NCBI GenBank assembly: GCA_966212445.1
Contig: CBIHRJ010000010.1
Location: forward strand, 28,672-92,671
Source: an uncultured Noviherbaspirillum sp.
Lineage (GTDB): Bacteria > Pseudomonadota > Gammaproteobacteria > Burkholderiales > Burkholderiaceae_D
DNA: 64,000 bases
Reading direction: 5' to 3'
Positions 34,146-42,217 of this stretch are shown here, one piece after another (within the stretch, counting starts at the first letter, position 1; every line of letters begins with the position of its first letter). A program made the translations under genes and the position numbers. Below the pieces are notes generated by a model. That model worked only from the letters and a program-made list of their open reading frames with translations. It was not told the origin of the DNA and ran no database searches.

Positions 34146-36014
34146 TCAAGTGGATGCTTCAATCACTGAGCTGTCCACTACCTGCGCCGGCGTCTGCCTG
34201 AGCGGCAAACTTATCCTGAAAGTCGTGCCTTTGCCGACAACGCTTTCCACCTCGATGCATCCTTGATGCTTTTGTACGATGCCGTATGCCAGCGACAAGC
34301 CCAGGCCGGTTCCCTTACCGACGGGTTTCGTCGTGAAGAAAGGATCGAAGATGCGCGACCGGTTTTCTTCCTGAATACCGCAACCGTTGTCGGCCACCTC
34401 GATCCACACCCCGCCGTCGCGAACACCGGTCCGGATGGTGATCGTCCCCCGCCCCGGAGCCTCCGATTCGACGGCATGGGCGGCATTGATGACCAGGTTC
34501 ATGATCACCTGGGAAATCTCCGATGACAGGCATTCGACTTCCGGTATGTCGCCATACTCCTTGACGATATCGGCCTTGTCCCTGACTTCACTCTGAATAA
34601 TGTTGACCGCCGCATCGATTCCCCGATGCAGGTCCGACGGATGCCATTCGTGCTGCTGGTCCGCATGCGAGAAGTCCTTCAGGTCCTGGACAATCTTTTG
34701 CACCCGGACGATACCCTCGCGGCATTCACACATTAATGCCGGGATGTCTTCCTTCAGGAAGGCGAGATCGGTCCGATTCCGCAGCGCATCCAGCTTGTCC
34801 CTGACGAGGGGCGCATCGATGGATTTCTCCGCCTCTTCATACGCGGCCAGCATCTCGAACAGGTTTTCCAGATAGCGGCTCAAGGTATGGAAATTGGAGA
34901 AGATATAGCCGATCGGATTGTTGATCTCATGTGCCACGCCGGCGGCGAGTTGACCAATTGACGCCAGTTTCTCGGACTGCACCAGTTGCTGTTGCGCCTG
35001 CGCCAGCTTCGTCGCAAGCGCGGTCAGTTCATTGTTACGCTGCAGCAGCTCCAGCTCCATCCGCTTGCGCTCGGTGATGTTGTAATTGATGCCGACGATC
35101 CCGATGACGCGGCCGGCGTCATCCCGCAACGGTACCTTGTTCGTCAGCATCCATGCTTCATCGTCGGTCAACAGATAATTCACTCTTTCTTCATGATCGA
35201 CCAAGGGCTCGCCAGAATGCATGATCTGCCGCTCTTCCGCCATATACTGCGCTGCGCACTCTTCCGGATAGAAGCCGAAATCCGTCTCTCCGAGAAGCTC
35301 GTCCGGATGCGAAACGCCCATGCCCTTCGCCACCGCCATATTGCCGAATGTGAAGCGGCTGTCGGTGTCCTTGGCGTAGATACGGTGCGGCATGCTGTCG
35401 GCCAATGTGCGCAGCAAATTACGTTGAAACACTAGGCTGCGGTCGACCGCGCGCAAGCGCTCATTCTCTTCCAGCAGTTGACGCTGGCGCTGCGCGTGAC
35501 CGAAAACGAGGACGAATTGCGCCACGAACAGCCTCGCCAACGTGAGCGCTTCCGGTGTAAAGATACCGGGCGCAAGCGCATGCTCCATGTAGAGCAAGCC
35601 AATGACCTCGCCCTGCCCGGCCAAGGGCAGGCAGGCCACGGACCGCGCGTTTCGATTGCGCAGCCCAACGTCGGCGAAAAAGAGGTTCGGCAGCGCGGCA
35701 TCATCAAGCACTACCGGCGAGCGGCTCTCCAGCACCTGTTCAAGAATCGATGCCGGCAATCCCTCCGCCGAGCGCATGCATTCCGGATAAACACGCACGC
35801 CGGGATCTGCCCCCTCCCACTGCATCTCCGCGACCTTCCACAACCGGTCCCGGTCGCGCAATAGCAGGCAGCATTGGCGCGCACCGATGTGTCCGGTTAC
35901 GGCGCGCAAAAGTGCCGCGGACATCTTTTCCGGCTCTATATGTTCGGAAATGCTGCACAGCGCCTCGCAGGTTTCCAACGACCTGGTCAAGTGGCTATGA
36001 CTTTCGATAGACAT
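34146..36014 (-). CDS. Cytoplasmic sensor histidine kinase (GAF-like + PAS + HisKA + HATPase_c), no adjacent response regulator
   Basis: About 622 aa from ATG 36014, with AGGGGA upstream; ATG 36065 is also possible. H-box AAGVAHEINNPIGYI, N-box VIMNLVINAAHAV, G1 DNGCGI and G2 GKGTGLGLS are present. A PAS-like segment lies around YAKDTDSRFTFGNMAVAKGMG. No TM segments are present. Confidence 0.85.
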   Translation of the reverse strand: MSIESHSHLTRSLETCEALCSISEHIEPEKMSAALLRAVTGHIGARQCCLLLRDRDRLWKVAEMQWEGADPGVRVYPECMRSAEGLPASILEQVLESRSPVVLDDAALPNLFFADVGLRNRNARSVACLPLAGQGEVIGLLYMEHALAPGIFTPEALTLARLFVAQFVLVFGHAQRQRQLLEENERLRAVDRSLVFQRNLLRTLADSMPHRIYAKDTDSRFTFGNMAVAKGMGVSHPDELLGETDFGFYPEECAAQYMAEERQIMHSGEPLVDHEERVNYLLTDDEAWMLTNKVPLRDDAGRVIGIVGINYNITERKRMELELLQRNNELTALATKLAQAQQQLVQSEKLASIGQLAAGVAHEINNPIGYIFSNFHTLSRYLENLFEMLAAYEEAEKSIDAPLVRDKLDALRNRTDLAFLKEDIPALMCECREGIVRVQKIVQDLKDFSHADQQHEWHPSDLHRGIDAAVNIIQSEVRDKADIVKEYGDIPEVECLSSEISQVIMNLVINAAHAVESEAPGRGTITIRTGVRDGGVWIEVADNGCGIQEENRSRIFDPFFTTKPVGKGTGLGLSLAYGIVQKHQGCIEVESVVGKGTTFRISLPLRQTPAQVVDSSVIEAST

Positions 36015-36862
36015 GACATTCCCCTGAAGCCGGACCGGCGCCGCCAATTCTTGGATTGGCATCATCCTCGCGTCTTCGGCCTTGGCCACCAAATCCCGGC
36101 CGCCAATGGCGCAGGACTCGGAGTTGCGTTCCTGTCCGAATCGATGCACCCCGGCGCCGGGAAGCTTTTGAACGATGAAGTGATTTCACCGCGCATCGTG
36201 CTGAAAAGCAAGAGATGAATCGTGGAAGCGGTGATCGATCGTTGTAGCCGGTCATAACAATTTGGGTCCGGATGGACAAAACGAAGATGCGAACAACGTC
36301 GATTCCACTCACCGAGAAACGAACTAACAGCATTCAAACCAAACGCATGGACAAGATCGATCCAGAAGTTTTAAAAACCAGCAAAGCGTGATTCGCACAA
36401 AGCCACACTTGCAGACATATCACTGCCATCAGTACCTGGGGTTCCAGTCCGGGGTCCGAAAGAGCAACCCTTGCGTTTTGCGATAGTGGACATATCGAAG
36501 ACGACGTGATCGATCAAGTAGACACGACATCATGCGCACCAAACCTGAGATCGTAACCTTCCGGCGAAGCGCATCGTTTCGATCTGGCGGTGATGGAAGC
36601 ATTACGGTCAGATCGCGGAAGAACAACGAGAAGCGCCGCGAGATGCAGATCGATCGTCGCATAACCCAGTAGGCATCTACATCGGCAGCAAAGCTGCCAG
36701 AGCGAATCTCGATCTCGATTCGCACGGAAATGACGACAGTGAAAACCGGTGTCATGCTACCGAAGGGAAGCAGGACCGAGAAGGGAAAGCTGCTGCATGC
36801 GAAGCGAGCGGCAAATGCGCCGTGCGACGGAAATTCCGGCCGCCTTATCGAAACCGTGCCGC

Positions 36863-37465
36863 TCAATCCAATACAGGCCAAAACTCAAACAGGCCAACCG
36901 CAAACTCGGTCTGCAAGGCGGCTTCGTCGCGATAACGATAATTTTCGATGCCGGGCGCCAGCAAACCGGTCGTTGCCAGGCAGTCGTCGACGTGGTCTGG
37001 CGGGAACCAGTCCCACAATCCGGTCTCGAAAATGATCCCGTAGATTTCTTCCTTGCCGGTGTCGAGTGCCTGGAAGACGATGCCGCGCATCCCCTCCTCC
37101 GCCATGCTCCCCACCTCCGCGCTCGCCGTGACAATCATGCCCGGTATCAGATAGCCGCGGTAGCGATAGCCGGGTGGTATCGGCACATTACGCACCTTCG
37201 GCTCCTGCGCGGATACCACTTGCATTGCAGCGTCGACCTGGCGGCTGCGCCACTTCAATTCCCGCGACAGCTTGTTCAGATTGGGCAGCCCGTGCAAGGC
37301 ATCGTCGAAACGCAGGTCGCGATTCGGATCGCGGCTGATGTTACTTACCCACTCCGGCGTCAGCCCCCAGCGCTCTGCCAGCATCTTGAATTTCCAGCCT
37401 TTGTACTTGGCCAGGGCCTTGAACTGTTCCGGTGTCAGACGGGTAATCGCGCGTGCGTCGGGCAT
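36863..37465 (-). CDS. Hypothetical protein (200 aa), possible N-terminal DNA-binding helix region
   Basis: The ORF has normal local codon usage and GC. An AT-rich promoter-like region lies upstream (37466-37580). The N-terminus reads MPDARAITRLTPEQFKALAKYKGWKFKMLAERWGLTPEWVSNISRD. No family was recognised. Confidence 0.55.
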   Translation of the reverse strand: MPDARAITRLTPEQFKALAKYKGWKFKMLAERWGLTPEWVSNISRDPNRDLRFDDALHGLPNLNKLSRELKWRSRQVDAAMQVVSAQEPKVRNVPIPPGYRYRGYLIPGMIVTASAEVGSMAEEGMRGIVFQALDTGKEEIYGIIFETGLWDWFPPDHVDDCLATTGLLAPGIENYRYRDEAALQTEFAVGLFEFWPVLD

Positions 37466-38050
37466 TTAAAAAGATAAAGTGTAATTTATGTTTTTTGATG
37501 TCGTATCTTACATCGACTTTGTGAAGTATTTATATTTTTCAATAGTTTAGGAATTAATCAGGACAATCTGGCTTAGAAACGTGATGCCGACTGCTCCATG
37601 CCGGTTTTTGGCAACTCGGATGCCGCCCATTCAGCCCCTCTCAAGGTACAAACTCCTTCAGGGAAAGCGCTTTTTCTCTTTGCGTATCCAGCGGCTCCGT
37701 CGTGCGGTTGCGGGATGGTTTACCCGAGGCATAAGCCTGGACTCTTGCACCTACCGCCACCCCGACGCGTTGGCCGCGCAGCTCCGTATTCATCCGTGCC
37801 TATAGGCGGAAGGAAGCACACGTTATTGCTTTTGGCGCCATCGGATGAACATGGACTTGAGATAAATCCTCTCTTGGTGTCCTGGATACTTTTTCTCAAG
37901 TTTGTGACGGTTAGCCTTACTCAACACGACCAATGAGCAGTCCCCTCCTCCCCCCTGCAAGAAGAAAAAGCCGTCCGAAGTTGCTTGCAGGCTCACTCGA
38001 TATATCCGCTGAGGAAAATCTTTTCCGCGATAGAAATCGCACCTTTGAAG

Positions 38051-38110
38051 GGTGAGAAAATTTGGGAGGGTCTTGCACAGCCTTGAACGATGGTGAGAAG
38101 TTTTGGGAAC
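38051..38110 (+). repeat. Two iteron-like repeats (GGTGAG-N4-5-TTTGGGA) outside the main origin
   Basis: GGTGAGAAAATTTGGGAGG is at 38051 and GGTGAGAAGTTTTGGGAAC at 38092. They have the same core and 3' half as the 22-bp iterons at 41879-42010. Confidence 0.6.
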
Positions 38111-38285
38111 TACAAGGAACAATGTCATTGTCCTCCTGAGGAATACATACGCCGCGATTGTCACCTAGTGATCTGACACGCTTTGATTTTCGGATTGCGT
38201 TTGAGTTGAGAAGCGCTTCGTACGGTTCCATCCTCTTTGCAGGGGCGCCCGGCGTAGGAGGAAGGCTGGAATGGGGGTGCCCGGC

Positions 38286-38419
38286 GAGGGGTAGTGAGGT
38301 CGCACAATCATCTCGGATGACTCAACCTCACTACCCCCTCCCTAACCCGTCCACCTCGCAGCTTGCAAGCTACTCGGATGAATGTGGCGCAAAGCATGCG
38401 TTGCGCCACATTCATCTCC
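38286..38419. other. Two long imperfect hairpins (candidate structured RNA or protein-binding palindromes)
   Basis: Hairpin 1: GAGGGGTAGTGAGGT (38286-38300) pairs with ACCTCACTACCCC(C)TC (38325-38340), and the loop holds a nested TCATC-TCG-GATGA stem. Hairpin 2: GGATGAATGTGGCGCAA (38376-38392) pairs with TTGCGCCACATTCATC(T)CC (38401-38419) around an 8-nt loop. CTCGGATGA occurs in both. Confidence 0.35.
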
Positions 38420-38490
38420 CTGCAAGGGGGATGAAACTGTACGGGGTGCACTCACGGACAATGCGAAAACTTGAGCGTATTGGACCACTA

Positions 38491-38505
38491 GTTGTACCGT
38501 ACAAC
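38491..38505. other. 15-bp palindrome GTTGTACCGTACAAC, copy 1 (candidate parS centromere site)
   Basis: 7-1-7 perfect inverted repeat. The identical 15-mer recurs at 39381 and 39440, all within 1 kb downstream of parB. Confidence 0.45.
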
Positions 38506-39323
38506 CAGCCTCGTGTCGATCGACAAGAACTCCTGTGATGCTCGAGCATTGGATTGATTCATCGCAGAGCCGCTTTGAAGGAGTCCCGCTACAGACGACT
38601 TTACTACGCCGCTCACTTCATTGGCCAACCGAGCATATCCGCCCCACCAAACAATAACGACGCGGGCAGGTCGGCATTTTCCTCGACGCCGTATTCCATG
38701 GTCTGAAACTCGGCCCGCGTTCGCCTCCCTTGTAGTTCAACCGTCGACGGAAATCGAACCAGCCCTAATCGAGGATGGTTTTGTCAGACCGGACTTGGCG
38801 CAAAACGCCTTTGCGCTGAGCATCGGAAGTGGTTTCCGTCGATCTGATCACATTCCAACCTGCAGGTTCTCGATACATATCGTCGCGTGGCAGGCGCGAA
38901 TGGCAAACCCGATCGTGGCGCAGCTTTGTACAGGTAGTCGGATGGGCGCCATTGATAACGACGTGAATCTTCTTGGCACGAGCCTTCGCCGTCTTCCGGG
39001 TGCTTGCGGACTTCTTTGTCGCTGTGATAGCGCAGCCAACTGAGCTTGGACAAGAAAAGACGGAAATTCCTCTGCTCGAGGATATATAGAAGTTGGGAAT
39101 GAGAATGACAAAAGCATTTATTACGAAGAGCACGAAGAAAGACGCCGCTCTTCGTGGGCCTCGTGGTTCAAGCCTTCCATCGAATTCGAATACCAGTCGT
39201 AGGAATTACTGATTCCTAACCTGCCTGACGCCGAAGCTTCCTCATTCTGAACCGAGGCACTTGTCGCGCGGCGGAGTGAGCAACATCTATCTTAAGTGGC
39301 GCATTTTCGTTTGCAAGCGCAAT

Positions 39324-39342
39324 GGTGAGAAGTTTTGGGACC
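39324..39342 (+). repeat. Iteron-like repeat GGTGAGAAGTTTTGGGACC
   Basis: It matches the copy at 38092 at 18 of 19 positions. It belongs to the same family as the oriV iterons. Confidence 0.6.
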
Positions 39343-39380
39343 TAAAGATGAATGCCAAACCGTAATGCGGGTGCCTCAAA

Positions 39381-39395
39381 GTTGTACCGTACAAC
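39381..39395. other. 15-bp palindrome GTTGTACCGTACAAC, copy 2 (candidate parS)
   Basis: Exact repeat of the 38491 palindrome. Confidence 0.45.
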
Positions 39396-39406
39396 CTTAC
39401 CCTGCC

Positions 39407-39415
39407 CTATCCACA
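39407..39415 (+). promoter_or_regulatory. DnaA-box-like 9-mer CTATCCACA
   Basis: It matches the TTATCCACA consensus at 8 of 9 positions. It is a single copy between palindrome copies 2 and 3. Confidence 0.25.
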
Positions 39416-39420
39416 CAGTG

Positions 39421-39459
39421 CACAAAAAGAAAAAGGGGAGTTGTACCGTACAACTCCCC
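39421..39459 (-). terminator. Rho-independent terminator of the parAB operon, whose stem contains palindrome copy 3 (39440-39454)
   Basis: There is a 25-nt perfect palindrome, GGGGAGTTGTAC-C-GTACAACTCCCC (39435-39459), 24 nt downstream of the parB stop. On the minus strand it is followed by TTTTTCTTTTTGTG. Confidence 0.7.
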
Positions 39460-39482
39460 CTCTCTATTCCGATTTTCTGGCG

Positions 39483-40451
39483 CTAGTTTTTCAACCACTC
39501 CGCCAGAACTTCCTGCAACTCAGTCACTCTCTCCTTACTCAGCACCCCCTTTTCAAACTTCAGGGTAACGTCATTGCCTTTCCGGCTAAGCGTGGCCTTG
39601 GGGATGCCATCCACGACGATGGTGTGAACCGCCTTGTCAGTGCCTTTGAAACCCACCAGGATTTCGAACACTTCTTTTGCCAAACGTTGAGCGCCCTCTT
39701 TCGACAACTCGGCAGCGCGCGCCAGCACGCCTTCTTCATCTTCCTTGACTGCTTCCATCAAGGGCTTCGCCCAGCGATACTGCAGATCCAACGGTGAGGA
39801 AAACGCGGAAACGACGCGCTGGTCCAGTCCCGCCAGTCGCAGTGCCTTGCTCAGGTTGCCGGCATCGACCCCCAATTCCTTGGCCAGTTGTTCCTGCGAC
39901 GCGAACAGTTTTTCGTCGAGCGCGCGCCGGTACATCATGCCCTGCTCCCACGGCGACAAGTCCAGGCGGGTACGGTTTTCCCTGTCCATTTCCTTGAACA
40001 GGTCGACATCGCTGACCTCTTCCACCATCGCCAGCACCGGCTTGCCGAGTTCCAGGCAGGCGCGATGGCGCCGATGCCCGAACACGATTTCATAGCGTTC
40101 TTCGTCGCCGGGCAGCGGCCGCACCTTGATCGGCTGTACATTGCCTTCCGCAGCCGAAATCTCTTCCTTGAGTTGCGCAAACTCTTCCGAAGAAAAATGC
40201 CGCGTGTCCCGGTTCGCCCATTTCGACGCCAGGATCTTTTCCGGATCGATCAGACGCACCGGCAACACGCCTTCAAACTGTTTCAGGCGCGCTTCCAGCA
40301 ACGCCACCTTTTCGTTGCTTTCCTTCATCAGGCTGTTGACCATCAACATCTGCCCCGGTCCGGTACGCAGCGCACCGGGCGCCGCGCCCTCGGTCTTGGA
40401 TGGCACAAACAAGCCTTCGGTCTTCTTGCTCAAACGGTCTTTGATCGACAT
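39483..40451 (-). CDS. parB: Partition protein ParB (ParB/Spo0J/RepB family)
   Basis: 322 aa. The ParB-box reads IVFGHRRHRACLELG, with an HTH region around QEQLAKELGVDAGNLSKALRLAG. The start lies 1 nt after the parA stop. Confidence 0.9.
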   Translation of the reverse strand: MSIKDRLSKKTEGLFVPSKTEGAAPGALRTGPGQMLMVNSLMKESNEKVALLEARLKQFEGVLPVRLIDPEKILASKWANRDTRHFSSEEFAQLKEEISAAEGNVQPIKVRPLPGDEERYEIVFGHRRHRACLELGKPVLAMVEEVSDVDLFKEMDRENRTRLDLSPWEQGMMYRRALDEKLFASQEQLAKELGVDAGNLSKALRLAGLDQRVVSAFSSPLDLQYRWAKPLMEAVKEDEEGVLARAAELSKEGAQRLAKEVFEILVGFKGTDKAVHTIVVDGIPKATLSRKGNDVTLKFEKGVLSKERVTELQEVLAEWLKN

Positions 40452-40452
40452 G

Positions 40453-41640
40453 TCATGCTCCTTCGCTCAATTGCGCTGCCCATGAATTCCGGATCGATAC
40501 CTCGACCAGGTCGATTACCCGGTCGTAGGCATCGCGTGCCCTGCTATAGGTCTTGGCACTGCCTTCGTAACGGTTGATGTCGTAGACCGTCCCGAATTCG
40601 GCCGAGCTCGATGAAGTCACCGTCGTTTTCGGTATCTCGACCGGCAGCACCTTTTCCGCATAGGTTGCGGAAATCCAGGAGCGCACCACGTCGCTCGCGA
40701 CATCCGCCGAATCGACGCGCGCCAGCAGCACGTGGATGAAGTCAAAGGTTTTCGTGATGCCCGCGTTCTCCACCAGGTTGGATGCAAGGTCGCTGAACAG
40801 GCTCCAGAATTGGGCGGAACTGGCGAAATCGAGCGCATTCGGCGGCAACGGCACGATCAGTGCGTCGGCCGCCATGAAGGCATTGATCGTCACGTATGAC
40901 AGCGAAGGTGGCGTATCGATAATGATCACATCGTATTCATCGCGCACGTCTTCCAGCCCGAGGTTGATTACATCCCAGAACTGGAATTCCGGGTCTTTCA
41001 TTTGGCGTGACGGTAATACGAATTCCGCCGAAAAGAGCGTGGATGAGGCCGCCACCAGATCGACACCGTCCCAATAAGTCGACTGAATCGACGGGCGGAT
41101 CGAAGTCGTGTCTCCATAGACCAGCGGCGCAATGGTTTGCTGTTCAGTCACTTCGGTATCAGGCATGATGCCGAACAGTGTGGTCAACGAACCCTGCGGA
41201 TCGGCATCGATCGCCAGTACCCGGTGACCGCGCAGGCTGAGGCCTTGGGCCATCACCATTGCCGTGGTCGTCTTGCTGACGCCGCCCTTGAAATTACCGA
41301 TTGCAATCGTCACCGCGCGGCCGCCTTCCGGACGCAGCGATTCGGCTCGGTAGTTGCGTATCCAGGTGCGCGCTTCCTGCAAGGTAAATTCGCGGCGCGA
41401 GCCCTTGTCGTTCAACTGCCCGGCAGGCAGGTCGCCTTTGCCGACGCGATACGATACCTGGCCTTTGTCGATACCACATAGGTTCGCCAACTGGGTGAGG
41501 GTAAATACAGGGGAATTCTTTTCCGAGGTGGGGGCGAGCATCCGGGAACGGATCTGGTTCACCATCTGGGTCGCACGCTCGGCCTGCTCGACGATGTCGC
41601 TGATATGGATTTTCTGCGACGCGTTTATGTTATGAATCAT
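40453..41640 (-). CDS. parA: Partition ATPase ParA, long (type Ia-like) form with N-terminal HTH extension
   Basis: About 395 aa from ATG 41640, with GAGGA upstream; the ORF is open to 41673. The deviant Walker A reads GNFKGGVSKTTTA, followed by VLAIDADPQGSL. The ~110-aa N-terminal extension contains FTLTQLANLCGIDKGQVSYRV. Confidence 0.9.
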   Translation of the reverse strand: MIHNINASQKIHISDIVEQAERATQMVNQIRSRMLAPTSEKNSPVFTLTQLANLCGIDKGQVSYRVGKGDLPAGQLNDKGSRREFTLQEARTWIRNYRAESLRPEGGRAVTIAIGNFKGGVSKTTTAMVMAQGLSLRGHRVLAIDADPQGSLTTLFGIMPDTEVTEQQTIAPLVYGDTTSIRPSIQSTYWDGVDLVAASSTLFSAEFVLPSRQMKDPEFQFWDVINLGLEDVRDEYDVIIIDTPPSLSYVTINAFMAADALIVPLPPNALDFASSAQFWSLFSDLASNLVENAGITKTFDFIHVLLARVDSADVASDVVRSWISATYAEKVLPVEIPKTTVTSSSSAEFGTVYDINRYEGSAKTYSRARDAYDRVIDLVEVSIRNSWAAQLSEGA

Positions 41641-41673
41641 CGGGTCCTCGACGGTTTTACACAATGAATTCAT

Positions 41674-41878
41674 TTTACGTCAAGGCAAGCATAAGCGAAA
41701 ACAGAAAATTCCACGCTTTTTAAAAAATCTCCTAAATTCTGTAAAACAGGGACGCTTTATTCAGTGCGCTATCGGTGGTTTTTCTTCATGCCGGCTAAAA
41801 AAGATATAAAACCTATAAGTGCTTTAATAACTAAGGTGTCGGGTTTTCGCAATGAAATCAATGGTTTGCATGTTTCCC
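41674..41878. promoter_or_regulatory. AT-rich spacer between divergent parA and the iteron array (candidate DNA-unwinding element plus parA promoter)
   Basis: It is visibly AT-rich relative to the flanks, for example CTTTTTAAAAAATCTCCTAAATTCTGTAAAAC and GCTAAAAAAGATATAAAACCTATAAGTGCTTTAATAAC. It lies directly adjacent to the phased iterons. Confidence 0.5.
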
Positions 41879-42010
41879 GGTGAGAACATTTGGGGCGTAA
41901 GGTGAGATTTTTTGGGGTAAGAAGCGAGAGGATTTGGGCGTACAGGTGAGCAGACTTGGGGCCTTTCGTGAGTTGATATGGGTCATGAAGTGAGGTGGAA
42001 CTTGTGATGG
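41879..42010 (+). repeat. Six directly repeated iterons with exact 22-bp phasing (candidate oriV for Rep1)
   Basis: The GGTGAG-like core starts at 41879, 41901, 41923, 41945, 41967 and 41989. The consensus is about GGTGAG-N5-7-TTGGGG, for example GGTGAGAACATTTGGGGCG, GGTGAGATTTTTTGGGGTA and GGTGAGCAGACTTGGGGCC. Copies 3, 5 and 6 are degenerate. Confidence 0.8.
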
Positions 42011-42076
42011 TCGTGACACGCCGAACGCGGCGGATGATGCCTGGTCGTATCCATTTGGCATCCCCTGTGCGCGAAA

Positions 42077-42165
42077 GGTGAGTACTTTTGGGAGTGGGTG
42101 CATCTCACCTTGCCGGCGACATGCATTCTTTCCGGTGTTTGAAGAAGGTGAGATTGCGCTCGAAA
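42077..42165 (+). repeat. Additional iterons just upstream of rep1 (candidate autoregulatory operator)
   Basis: GGTGAGTACTTTTGGGAGT at 42077 is in phase with the array (88 bp = 4 x 22 from 41989). An inverted core CTCACC is at 42104-42109. GGTGAGATTGCGCTCG is at 42147, about 70 nt before the rep1 ATG. Confidence 0.6.
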
Positions 42166-42217
42166 AAAACTCACTGTAGACTTGCGGGCAATTGGTTCTC
42201 TTGGGCGACGCCGGAGC

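Noticed and set aside
36430-36470. tRNA-like T-arm (GGGGTTCCAGTCCGGGG), which might have marked an integration site
   Set aside because: The flanking bases do not pair into a T-stem or acceptor stem. No anticodon arm or D-arm can be drawn. No integrase or direct repeat is present.
36532-36672. 46-aa basic ORF (MRTKPEIVTFRRSASFRS...) and a 39-aa ORF at 36272, considered as small regulatory or toxin peptides
   Set aside because: Neither has a Shine-Dalgarno sequence or a recognisable toxin-antitoxin arrangement. Nothing distinguishes them from random ORFs in this lower-GC spacer.
38221-38460. Retron msr/msd or a group II intron fragment, suggested by the long hairpins and a CGTACGGTTC string resembling the 3' half of domain V
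   Set aside because: No reverse transcriptase ORF lies anywhere nearby. The sequence upstream of CGTACGGTTC cannot form the domain V helix. No 5' GUGYG or other intron landmarks were found.
38765-39133. 122-aa minus-strand ORF with a Lys/Arg-rich segment (TKKSASTRKTAKARAKKIH), considered as a small DNA-binding protein gene
   Set aside because: No plausible start codon with an SD lies near the basic segment, and the N-terminal part is low-complexity hydrophobic. Alternative frames are equally open, and no motif was recognised. It is treated as non-coding or a decayed remnant.
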